Shown: in pieces, positions 21,881-33,739 of the stretch | Position numbering within the stretch: position 1 is the stretch's first letter | How the letters are laid out: each line of letters opens with the position of its first letter | NCBI RefSeq assembly: GCF_902459465.1 | Contig: NC_047070.1 | Coordinates: 15,562,001 to 15,626,000 of the forward strand | Origin: Asterias rubens | Taxonomy: Eukaryota | Direction: 5' to 3' | Length of the DNA: 64,000 bases | Program-made: the position numbers and the translations under genes | Notes under the pieces: model-generated | What the model was told of the DNA's origin: nothing | Seen by the model: only the letters and a program-made list of their open reading frames with translations | Databases searched by the model: none

Positions 21881-24800
21881 CCAGGTAGTGTTGGGTTCAC
21901 CTGATTCTTAAAAAAATGGAGGATCGGCACCAGGCAATTCGAAATTAAATTTTTCTTTGCAAACCCAATATTATATTATTTGACTTCTTTGAGGCTCAGA
22001 GTAGAACATGTAATGTTTCTCAAGGGGCTGAATATCATGATGTTTGCCTTGTTACCACAGATTTATCTGTGCAAATTTTAAAACCAACTTTTAAAAAGAC
22101 CCATCAGACCATGTAACACAAAAAGAGTGACTTTGCACATTCCATGGCCTTTCTGGCAGGCAAGATTCTGGCAGGCAAGATACTCTACTTGTCTATGGTA
22201 CTTTAATTTTTTGTTTCATAATTTGAACACAAACAAAGTTATAAAAGTAATAGCTGAATAAGCTTTGAGCCTTTGCTTCCTATCAAAGGTTGATACAAAT
22301 CTGACAGTGCACTCAATGACGTATCAGGTTTTTATCGTTTACACTGGGCTGTGTACAAATTGTGCCTGCAGATAGTCCATGCTCTGTGGCTCTTTTGTAG
22401 ACATGTGTTGTCTCAGATTGCATGGTATATATTGCCAAGTGTGATGTCTCAAATTCCTAGTGCTCCCGGCATCCAAAGACTATTGAACTTGGCATTCACA
22501 CTTATGTGAATAAATTGTATCTATTAATATTTCTTGGTCATTATTGAATAGACCCCTTGGACAAAGCTGAACGCACCTCCAAACAATGCACCTCTACCAT
22601 TGGGGAGTCGATTCCTTTGTGCACATTTTGACTCCCAAATTGACCCCCAAATTGGCAGATGGACGTTTGTAGATGCGTTGTGTGCTGTCCAAGGGGCCTG
22701 TATAACACCCTGATCAATTACTGTATAGTGTACATAGTGCTTAATGTATATGCACATGAATCCAGTTAAAACTGAGTAAATACTTATAAATATATATTTG
22801 AAACAGTATCTCTTGTGGTGAGTGTGTCTATATTATTGTCTGTATCAGGCTTGAGAAGGAGTCTCTGCTGGCTGGAATGTTAAATGCATGAGGGCATCAT
22901 TGGTAAAAAAATAGCCTTGATACAAGGCGTTAGTATCAATTTGTCTGCATGAAGCTGTCCAAGCCACAAAGGCCTTGACAAAAGGCTAGGTTGGCAGCTG
23001 TGAGAGTTTGCTCTAATGATTTTCAGTACGCAGTATTTGCCTCCATTGGCCTATTTTTCATTGATCACTAGAAATTCATATTGACCTCTGTTGTAACTGG
23101 TTGCTATGGCAATCGAGATTACAGTAGAAATCAGGACGGCATCTAATGTTAGTGCTGGATCTCAAGCTATGCACTACTAGTTGGTTGTCCTGACCTCAGA
23201 GGGCGCTATATACAATAACTAGATGGCTGGCTTTGATGATGTTAGCGCTGAGGTTTCTTTATCACCAGGATGGCTTGAAATGATGCCAGTTTTGTTTTGA
23301 ATTTAACTAAAATGCATCCAATATTTACTGTCTCATAATTTTTATGTAAAAAAAATGAGGTATTCTCCTGAATTTTTTTGCAATTTTGATACAATCCGTT
23401 AGCTATGTTGTAAAACCCATTTAGTAAAACCCACTACATTTTAGATAGGAAACATTGATATTCTCCAGTGTGTACACAATACACGTTACCACAGTAAATT
23501 GCTTATTCTGTTTGTGGAGGCAAGCTTGCTCCAATCGACCCGGCCCGCTCACGCCGCGCATCCTTATAGATTTTCTCGGTGATTGTCCCTTACATCCGGG
23601 CTGTCAGTTTTTATTGTTTAAGGTTGGACCAAATTGATTTCTTGACTTTAATAGATTTTAATAAAAATGTGTGTCCTTCCCTTCTTGCCGGTCACTGATT
23701 GAAATAATTTTTCAGGTGTTGAGGCTTTGAACAATAAACCAATCGGCGGTGGCAGCCAGGCGTAGACCCTACCAGATACGATAGGCCATGCAAGGCAGGC
23801 TGACCAAAATAGAGTTGGTATGAAGGAAGAAATAGCGCTCTGATTATCGCTGCGAAGTGGAAACTATAGGCAATATTTACCTCGTATGACACCTATTCCT
23901 TTACATAGCATAATATAATGGGTACATTGGTATCACTAAGTTAAAAGAAGTGTACATTGGTATCACTCAGCTGAAAGAAGAAGACATAGGTATCACAAAG
24001 CTGAAAGATAATTAATTAGTTTCTAGTTTTTAATTAACTACCTTCTTGAATTTTGTTTTTCGTGCATCCCTTACAGAAAGCTTACAAACCTCTCGAAAAG
24101 CTATGAAAAAAAAACCTGTTTGAAATCGGCCATAATTCGGACCTATAGCATCTTTAATATAAATGCGTTTTTCCTTTTTGAAATTAAATATAAGAATTAA
24201 CAACACGTTTCAGCCTGAGCCCGTTTGCTCTAATATGTTTTGTTCGCAACTTGGCAACCAATAAAGTGTGACCTTGACGCTGATTTGGAAGCTGTTTTGT
24301 TCACGGAAAACGCTATGATTTCCATTATTACATTTTCCTTTCATTTTTAATGTCTTGGACTTTTAGTTTGTGGCACAATTACATTTCTTTCTTTGAAGTG
24401 TTAGTCATCAAAAGCACAGTTACATCACAAAAATGGAATTCTGCACAGTAGAAATTTATATTTGTTTACCCCTTGCTTTTTCATGTGTGCGTACTGACAA
24501 CCCCTGTCTCTATTTGTGTATTGTTCACTTCACTGCTTATGTTACACTCCGTTACTCAGTCACCTGTTCATGTGTTGTCGTTTAGCCTTCATGAACGACT
24601 CTGCTAGGGTCGAAACGTCAGGCCATTAACCATTTTTTTTGTCAGGAAATACACTCTTCAAAACACAGCACTCAATATATTTTTTAAAAAATGTAAATAA
24701 AATTCATAAAATCAGTTATTCCGTCTCTGTTTGTAAATACATCCTTCTAGACCGGTGCTTTGCTATTCATAGCAAAACTCTACAAAATAAAAGTTACAGG

Positions 24801-26533
24801 TGCATAATATCGATGCACTTTACAATTTTAAAATGGCTATATATACACACCAATGATTCAGATCATCTTGTTATACATTCAACAACTGAGATTATTTTCG
24901 GAGCATTTCTGATCCCAATTTGGGTTGATCATACATGACGTGATATGTTTACGGATTGTATACTGGACGAGCTGAGCGTCTACCAGTCTAAGTCCATATC
25001 CAGTCCCAGCACTTCCACATCACGACCTCTGACGGTTTCAGTTATTGACTGCAAACCTTTCCATCATACATTATTTCATTTTCAGAAAATGATCTATTAG
25101 TCTGGTTGATGGTGCAGAACTCTTTCAACAAAAAAGTCAAATTGGAATGTAACCATCGCTGTGTATGATTTGCTGAGGAGTTTGTCTTCAGGCGTCACGA
25201 CCCACGACTCCCGTAACCTGCGTGCAACTATTCTTGCCCATAATGTCCGTTTCTCTTTAAAATTGGTAGTACACACCATAGTGGGACATCACGGCAGCTG
25301 AACTGCCTGCCTAATCGATCTTAAAGGGATTGTATACGTTTTGTAATTGGAATCAACTGTTGTGTCAATCATAATATTATTGTAGATATAATACCATGAA
25401 ACTAACATGTGAACATTTTATTTCGAAAGGTGGTAGCGTTTTTAGATATTGCCGAATATCGGGAACGAAATAATTATATGCACGTAAAAAGAATAATCTG
25501 CTATTGGAATACACTATCTGAGAACGTTACCGCGGTAACGCTTCGGTACCTCGGTAACGCTTCTCAGATTCAAAGATTTGAGGATAAAAAGTGATTGTTT
25601 TTCCCCGATGCAAATTTAACATCTATTATATGATTGTTTATCCTTAACCGCAGTCACTGTACTTCGAAGTGAACAGTTTCTAAAAAAATACTTTATACTA
25701 TCCAAAGCTACTGTACCTCTTACCCTGAGTATAAGTGCAATTAATTTCCATAGTAATTACCTAACGTAAACAGACCCTTTAATTGGCAGTTCAAAGATAC
25801 CGCCAGCTCGTTATCGAGCACCCATTCCGTTGACCAGGATGTTTGGGATCACGCTCGATGCGGGGATTTTACCAACTACGATGATTGTATTAGACTCAAT
25901 ATTGTTGAATGGGCAAACATTCATAAGCCATTTTTTTTTATTTGGTGGACACAATTTTAAAATATAGGTTCGCATAACTTTGTATGTATCTATACTTAAA
26001 CCAAACCGTTCAACTCTATCGTGTCCACCATTTCTTGAAAAGGCTTACAAGTTTTGTTGAAAGTGATATTCACGAATGAAGTTTGATACCTGTTGGTTTG
26101 TATGTGCGTTTAATATATGGAATCGATTAGTACATTACAAATATAAAGTACTTATTGTAGGGGTTTCTTAATTATGAAATTAATCATCCCCTATAGTCTA
26201 ATTGCATGTCTTCTTCGTGCCAGTTACAAAGAAGACGCCTTTGTAGACCATGATGACCTAAATGAAGTCTCTGGGTCAAGTCCACTCAAACTGGGTCAAG
26301 TCCGCTCAAATTTGGGTCAAGTCCTTTATTACCATCTTCACGAGTCTAATTTGATACAACCAAACATTATTCTTGTGCATATACTATAAATTATGCATGA
26401 GAGGAGAGACACTCCACATTCTCTATCTACGAATAGAGTTGCAGTAAACGCAAATTGTTCGCAGTTAATCCTGGTGAGCATTTCTTCATATTAAGGGTCA
26501 TTACACTTAAGATTCATCGCTATATCAGACAGC

Positions 26534-26575
26534 CTCTGACCATGGAGGTAGAAATGTCTACCTCCATGCTCTGAC
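26534..26575. mobile_element. 28-bp hairpin insertion with 7-bp direct repeats (P-element-like TIR pair)
   Basis: CTCTGAC-[CATGGAGGTAGA AATG TCTACCTCCATG]-CTCTGAC. Confidence 0.6.
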
Positions 26576-29500
26576 TAGCTGATGACGGGTTGGTCTACTC
26601 AAGATTGATAATAAAGTTCCGTATTGAGACTGACATGTGAATTAAGTGGGTTGAAATCTCTACACGTCACTGTGTCTTCAACAGCGGCACTGTTGTTGTT
26701 CTAGGTGGACGAAACCTGTTGTGTACAAGACGCAGACCTATTAGATGCACTTTGTCTAGTCATAGAGAAAGTTCTTGCTCTGTGGTCTTATCCCCTGACT
26801 TATTTTGTTATCACTAAGCACAGGAAAGTAATGATAGAACATTAAATTTATCAAATCAGTCTGTCATTATCTAGCCTCCGGAGACTCAAGTACAGTATGA
26901 GTCAATCAGTTATGCATCATGCACAAACCTTAAGAAGTATCCCCTGTCTTTTTCACTAAGTTCAACGAAAGAACGGTTTATTGCAAATTCGATTCCACCT
27001 TTGGTATTATTTTATTACTTCTTGATATCTGAATGCGTTTTGTAATAATTGCTCTGCAATTGCTTAATAATAAGACCACATTTACCAATAACACATTTTT
27101 CCACCGATGCCTTTAAGCCTATAGTAGCTTTCAATGGCTCTGATCCCAATTCAGATACATCCTGTCTTTTCAAACCGTTGTTTAATTCGACATTGTCGTC
27201 CGTTCGTCCCCGAGTCAACTTTCTCTTCATTCTAATTAAATATGAAATCAATTACCAACGAAACGAGAAGCGTGACCGTGACTGTGGAACATTACTCAGC
27301 GGTTAGATACAGCCAGTAGCCCCCCTTAATGTTTAATACCTAACCCGTGGCCGGAACAGAACTGGTGGGGAAAGCCATTATCTGTAGTTTTACCTTCACA
27401 CAACTGTGTTTGGTCGACTGATTGATTAAAAGTGATACCTACGGGCAACCATTTTGATGTTTTTTGTCTTATTGCTGCTTAGATGTTCGGGTGAAAGCAT
27501 CCGGCTGACTTAAAACGCCGTAGCACCTTGGCTTCTTATCTTACTCGTGTTATTTTAATATTAAGGGTGTGTGTGGTCAACGCCACAAAGTGAATGCCGA
27601 GGTCAGAATAATTCATTTCCAGTGAAACTAATTAATTAATTAATTAATGTGTGTCACAGACCAAGTGTACTTTTTTCGTTCGTGCTCTTGGTTATGTAAA
27701 AATTATCACTCCGGTTACAGGTATCAATTATGATATTTATAGTAATTCTAACTTATGAATCGAGATCATGATTGGCGAGCATGCAGGAAGTCATGATTCT
27801 CTTACCATTATCGACTAACATAGTCGGGAGAAACACCCCATTAACAATGCACTTTCCAATTTAAAAGAGCCACATAGTGTATCTTGAGAGACGTCTCTTT
27901 GACATTAGCAGTGACATGTGACACATTTAAATTTATGAGACACCAGCCCTGGCCACAAGGCAGTAAGCCAATTTGAGACATGGTGACCACACAACTAAAA
28001 CACTATTTTGGGTTGGGTAAGTTTGTCTGTATACACCCAAACCAAACATTGCACTCCTACAGTGGCCACCATTCCTCAAAAAGGCTAATCGTCTCCGTTG
28101 CCCCCTGCATGGGCTTGGCCTTGGTGCCCCTTCAAATGACTTAAAATGAATGGCATTGCTCTTTAATTTAAAGATAAAATTCCAGCCCTGAGATACAATT
28201 ATTGTCAGTATAAATCTAGGAGGTTTCCGAGGTACAATTACTTGGTAATAGTTGTGTCCCCAATGCAAATCTAATGTGTATCTGTAATCCTTCTTAATTT
28301 ATAGGTCAGACATACAACCACAACTTGTCCATCTTCTAAACCCATGAACATATAAGTGCACCAACGTGAATCAGTGCTTCATTTCTGTGTAGTATTTTTT
28401 ATAGAATCAAATTAAGGACTTTTCTTGTGTGCGAACTGCAGGTTTATTTGCTGTTTTTATCTTTTAGAGACCCGAGGGCTGAAGTCTTAAAATCATGTCA
28501 GCCATAAAAACACCGCCAATGTGAAGATCCCACAAATTGATAACTTAGAATTACCCACTGTTGCCATAGTAACGCAGAAAAGGAAGACGTTCAAAAGGAC
28601 TTCTGGTGGAACAAACGTCTTCATTGAAGCGTGCCAGTCAGTATCGTTGTGGGCCTTGAGGCATTTGTATTTAATGTCACACTGAACCATTTATATCCAC
28701 ACTCCGAAAAGAGACTTTCTTTGGTTGGTGAGGAGTCTTTTGAAGACACCACGACACTACTATGTTTGGGGAGATATTACTCCTTATTTTACCTCGGCTC
28801 CAGTTTCTTTGATAAATGCAAGTAGGTTAACCGGAACTTGATCGTTTTATCTCTATAAATTTTATCCTAACCCCGTGAGATTGAATAGCAAAGAACACTT
28901 AAAAGGCCATTTATTGAGATTCCAGATCACTGTTGTTAAGGGATCTCCATTATTTCCTGTCTTACGCTCCCCAGCGATACATCTTGGTGTCCAATGAATG
29001 AACACCAAGTCAATCTTAAGAAAGCTGATGCAAAGACTCGGGTTAAATTTCCATCCCGAACTTACTAATTGTTAGAAATCTGTAATTTTTAATAATTTGA
29101 TACTTATTTCATATTTGAATGTGTTTTATGCTGCATTTTAAAAAGGACCCCGAGGGTATTAATTTCATAATCACGTCAGGTGGATTATTTCGTTTCTCCG
29201 AGATCGATGTTAGGAATTTTTCAGACAAAACCCAGTACCCTCGGGAACAGCCCATTGAACACCGTCTGAAGGTCTTGAAGATCAAGGTGGAGGCGGGAGA
29301 GACATTTTAAGACTTTTTATTCAAATAGTTCCGTTTTACTTTAGAAGATGTTGTTGTCCTCCGTCATCAATTGGATCAATTCAGGCCGTTGGGGATTATA
29401 AAAAACACCTGTTTATCCCTATATATATTTGTTAAAGGTTACAGGGTAAGCGTCATTATCCACAAACGGGTTAGATTCGTTAGAAACTACATCACAAATG

Positions 29501-30399
29501 ATGACAAAAGTATGAAATTTCTTCACCTACCCCATATACATGACAATATTATCACTGCCTCGCTGTGGGGTGTTAAAAATGGCCTTCAAATCACCCACTC
29601 ATAATTATGATTTATTCCCAACTAAATTTGCTTTGTAAAAGTAGTAAGAGCAAGAAGTTACTTTAAAAACATTTGAATTGATAATACTTATTTATGCCTA
29701 TTCTTGAAAGGTGTGGTCTAAAATTAACAGACAATTTATTTAGGTTTTTTTTTCTCCAAAGTTTCAATCAGTAGGAATGATAAATGCTGTTAGAGCCTCG
29801 TATATAGTAACACAAGTTGTATCTCATTTATTTGTCCATTTAGCGAGAAGCTTTGACATTGACTAATGTAATCACATGATAACGGGGGGGGGGGGGTGTA
29901 AAAACCAAAAAGAATATCCACGATTGCTGGTTAATCCTGATCACATGAAACTAATGTTCATTTCATGAGGAGCGAACATAAAATAGATAATAGGCATTCT
30001 TCAATATTTGTAATAATTGTATCTAAGCTTCTGTTTATCTTCTATTCTTCCAGGCAAAAATAATTCATAGACAAATGAGTTGTCCCATTGATTTGAAATC
30101 AGAACGTAAACATTGTATTTTCCCTGATTGAACATTCCCAATTCACACTATAACAAATAGCGTAGCCTACTTACCATGAATCACTGAAATAAACTAATTA
30201 TGTTGAGGAAAAAAATCAATAGAAAATATTACCAGAAACTTTTAATCACTGTCTGTTATTCTGTACATTTCTAGTTTGCCAAAAATAAACAACCGAAGTT
30301 CTAATAAACTTTTTGGATACACCAGTGCTTGAGTACAACACGCAGCAGTTATCGTCTGCTCACCCGTGTACAGACCCAATGGGATAAGTAAAAGTGAAC

Positions 30400-30620
30400 G
30401 AAAGTTACCGCGCCACCTGTTGATGACGAACCCATTGTTAAAAGTATTACTTTTTCGTGTGACAGAGTACCCGTGAAGAATGCACATACCAATTACATAA
30501 CGCGTTAAATCCACGTGGGTCGTTGTTGTTTCGCCATTACGCGTAGCTGCACATGTTAACGTCAGACGTGTTAACTTTAATGTGACGGAGTTACCAAAGT
30601 TTGTAGTGGAAATAATGCCG
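30400..30620. promoter_or_regulatory. Orphan promoter-like CpG-rich island flanked by outward-facing strong donors
   Basis: CCAAT at 30489, CCACGTGG at 30511-30518; donors ATG|GTAAGT (-, 30174) and G|GTAAGT (+, 30782). Confidence 0.45.
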
Positions 30621-33273
30621 GAATTTTGCCTTTGTAGTCTGGAGTTGGGATACTAGTGGAATAAAGAACCGACTGGGCACTGTTTGCAGTGAAGTAGGAC
30701 GGGAAAACTGCTCGAATGTGGACATTGGCGGTGAATTTGTTTTGCAAATTTTTGCACCACTGACGGTTTTTGCATATCTTGGTAAGTACCTTGTTTTGTT
30801 ACGTGATATAAAATAACAAAATTATAGAGTAAGTACTGGGCATAGCAGTGACTTCACACATTTTTGTAATTGTTTTACATGTTACCATAGTCCGGCATAT
30901 TTTATATTCATGCTTTAAGAATTATTAACCACCGGTTCTTTTCAGAACCAACAACTCAAAAAGAGATATTCACAAGGTATTACCGCAAACTTCTATTTTT
31001 TTATATTTTTTTTAACTATTTGGTGCATGAGCCATGGTGGCACAACCGCCCACCCTCGCACTCTTAGTGTCTTCATTATGTCCTAGGAAATCCCAGGAAT
31101 GCCAGGAAAATACATTTTGAGCTTGATAACGAACAAAGTGGGTATTGTGTTATGGAATCTCGGCAAATATCTTTGCGGGTTTTAGTGGTAGAGAGTGGTG
31201 GGGGGAGGGTACTTCTGTAAATGAGGTTTGAGCTCGATGTTTAATGACATGGTGGTATGTAAGGAATTTCAGGAATTACTAGGGGTGGGGGCACTTTATT
31301 TAGCCTGAACAATGTAACATTTCGGGGCTCGTGGATTACGCCAGGAATTTTCTTCTCGAGCCTAGCAAAATTCCCGTCCATAATCACTTTTCATTTCACA
31401 ATAAATTCACATTAAGATGCAGGCCTAAGGCAGTCAAATGTTATGTTCATTTTTACATTAAACAAACGCACGCGGTTTTGCGCAGACGACCAAAGAAAGT
31501 GCAGTTGCCAAATGTTACCGCGGACCAATCAAAACACAGTATAGAAAGCTTACGTCACTACGTTTATCCAATGAAATCATTGTATTTAATAAAATCACAG
31601 GTTCCGTGACACCAGCATCTGTCTTGCGTACAAAGACAGGGGACAGTCTCAGAAGGTTTGGGGGGGGGGGGGGGGGTATTTCTATACAAAGGAATATGTG
31701 TGGAGGAATATGTGTGTGGTTTATATTGACATTTGGATTTGGGGGGGGGGGGGACACACCACATCTTCTGGAACATACCGGGCATGTAAGTTTGATGTGA
31801 AGATCTTCCAAATGGACACTTGTTGTGTTTTACAAGTGCATTTGACATGTTAAAACATTGTACTACTTTGAGTAAATTGTGTAATTGTGTTCAAAAAGAG
31901 ACCATCAATAATAATACATAGAATAATCATTCATGAATGTGTGATTTTTGTTTTGATTTTTTTTGCATATATTAGTGGGTGATTTCTGTATTGGTTTGAT
32001 TGGTATAGGGGTGGATTGGGGCCCAGTAGTATTAATTTTACGTCATTTACAATAGCGATTTTTTTATTTTATTTTTTATTATTTATTATTCTGGTTTCTT
32101 TATTTACTGCACTGACTGGCGGCCAAGCAGGCCGAAAAGTACATTTACAAGTTCGCTCTGACAAACAACGTTAGATTGCATGCATTCTCCAGAATGCACC
32201 CAGTTGGAGAATTCGTTTGTTCTTTTCCTTTTCACCAGTTTTCCTATAGACTTTGTAAGTAAATTTGCTTAAGGAGCACCACATTATTTTGAATCCCCTT
32301 ATTAATTTCCCTGTTTGATATGTTTTTGGTCTCCATATTGCACTGACAGTGTGCACATTAATTCACGACACACCCACACATAAGTGGATCAAAAAGATCC
32401 ACAGAACAATGTAAAACGTATTCAGTCACTCTGAAGATCCCTCACAAAAGTCACGTGCATGAAAACATGTACGCATGTTGTAATTTAATTCGATGGTACG
32501 TCAGGGTACGTTGAACATGATGAGATCTTCTGTCACAGCGCGCTTTTCTGTTTCTTTTCATCTTCGAAAAGATTAATGTTTATAATTTTGCCGTTGTTGT
32601 TTGCCGCCGCTTGTTTTTACTCCAAATACTTATCAACTGACTGCGATATTGTCTTCAACACAAGACGATTCTAGAGTTGTTTGTTCCCCAAGTTCTTTAA
32701 GATTGAGGACACAATCAAAATAGAGACTCATATAGCGCTGTACGTTTTCCAATTCCACAGTCGGAAATGCATCCTCGCAAATAATTATGACAACGTCTCC
32801 CACATGACCAAAACCTAATACAGTTTGTTATCTTTTTATTACGTTCAAGTCAGCCATCCTAAAAGTAAACCTGAGTCATTGGCGCAACTCTAAACGTGAG
32901 ACCATCCATTCCTATAAACCATAAGAAAAGTTATGTGTTTTTTGCATTTCTTAGAAAAAGATAGTTATTTTGGGGGTTACAACCTAGATAAAGATATATA
33001 TGTTGATTTTGCATCGGGGATATAGAAAATAATTAGTCTATACATGGTATTTGAATTAACATTCAAATGCTGACATGGTGACCGCATACTACAGTTTTCT
33101 TGTCAAGGAATGATAGCAATGTAACTGTTAAATTTTAAAGAGATTTATTTTAACAACCTAATCCACACTCTAACAATAAATTCCCTGTCATTTCCAGTTG
33201 GTCACAAACTTGCTGAGCACATACTAGTAATGCTTAGCAGAATTAAGATTATTAAGATTATATTGCTTTTGGC

Positions 33274-33739
33274 GGTGTCGCGTGCAATTATGTCCTCTAT
33301 GCAATACTGTCCGGATGACAGTATTGCATATGCAATAATGTCCACCGGACGGTTTTGCATATGCAATCGTGTCCGCCCGGACGCTGCTGCATATGCAATT
33401 GTGTCCGCCCGGACACAATTGCATATGCAGTTGTGTCCGCCTGCCAGTGCAAAACAGTCCATGCAGTAAATTAAACGCACTTGGTCGACGGAACACGTTC
33501 ACCATTTTTTTTACAAGTTAAATGCATGTCATGAATGACATAGAAATGTTCGGCCGTTGGGTATTCGCTGCAATAATAAAATACCTGAATATTCATGCTG
33601 CAAATTACAGTAGGTCAAGTGCATGCACGCTCGCTTACGCGCGCACAACATGTATTTTGCATAGCCCCGGACACGATTGCATATGCAAAGTGTCCGGAGC
33701 GGACAGTTTTGCATGGCGGACTCAATTGCATCTGACACC
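33274..33739. mobile_element. 466-bp TIR element made of palindromic TGCATATGCA/CGGACACAATTG units
   Basis: Imperfect ends GGTGTCGCGTGCAATTATGTCC / GGACTCAATTGCATCTGACACC. Shares the ATTGTGTCCG core with 57775-60404. Confidence 0.7.

Noticed and set aside
31660-31753. G17 and G13 homopolymers (others at ~20241, 29884, 35668, 44633, 52761)
   Set aside because: Such runs are scattered through the whole window without association to any feature, and their lengths are prone to sequencing error.
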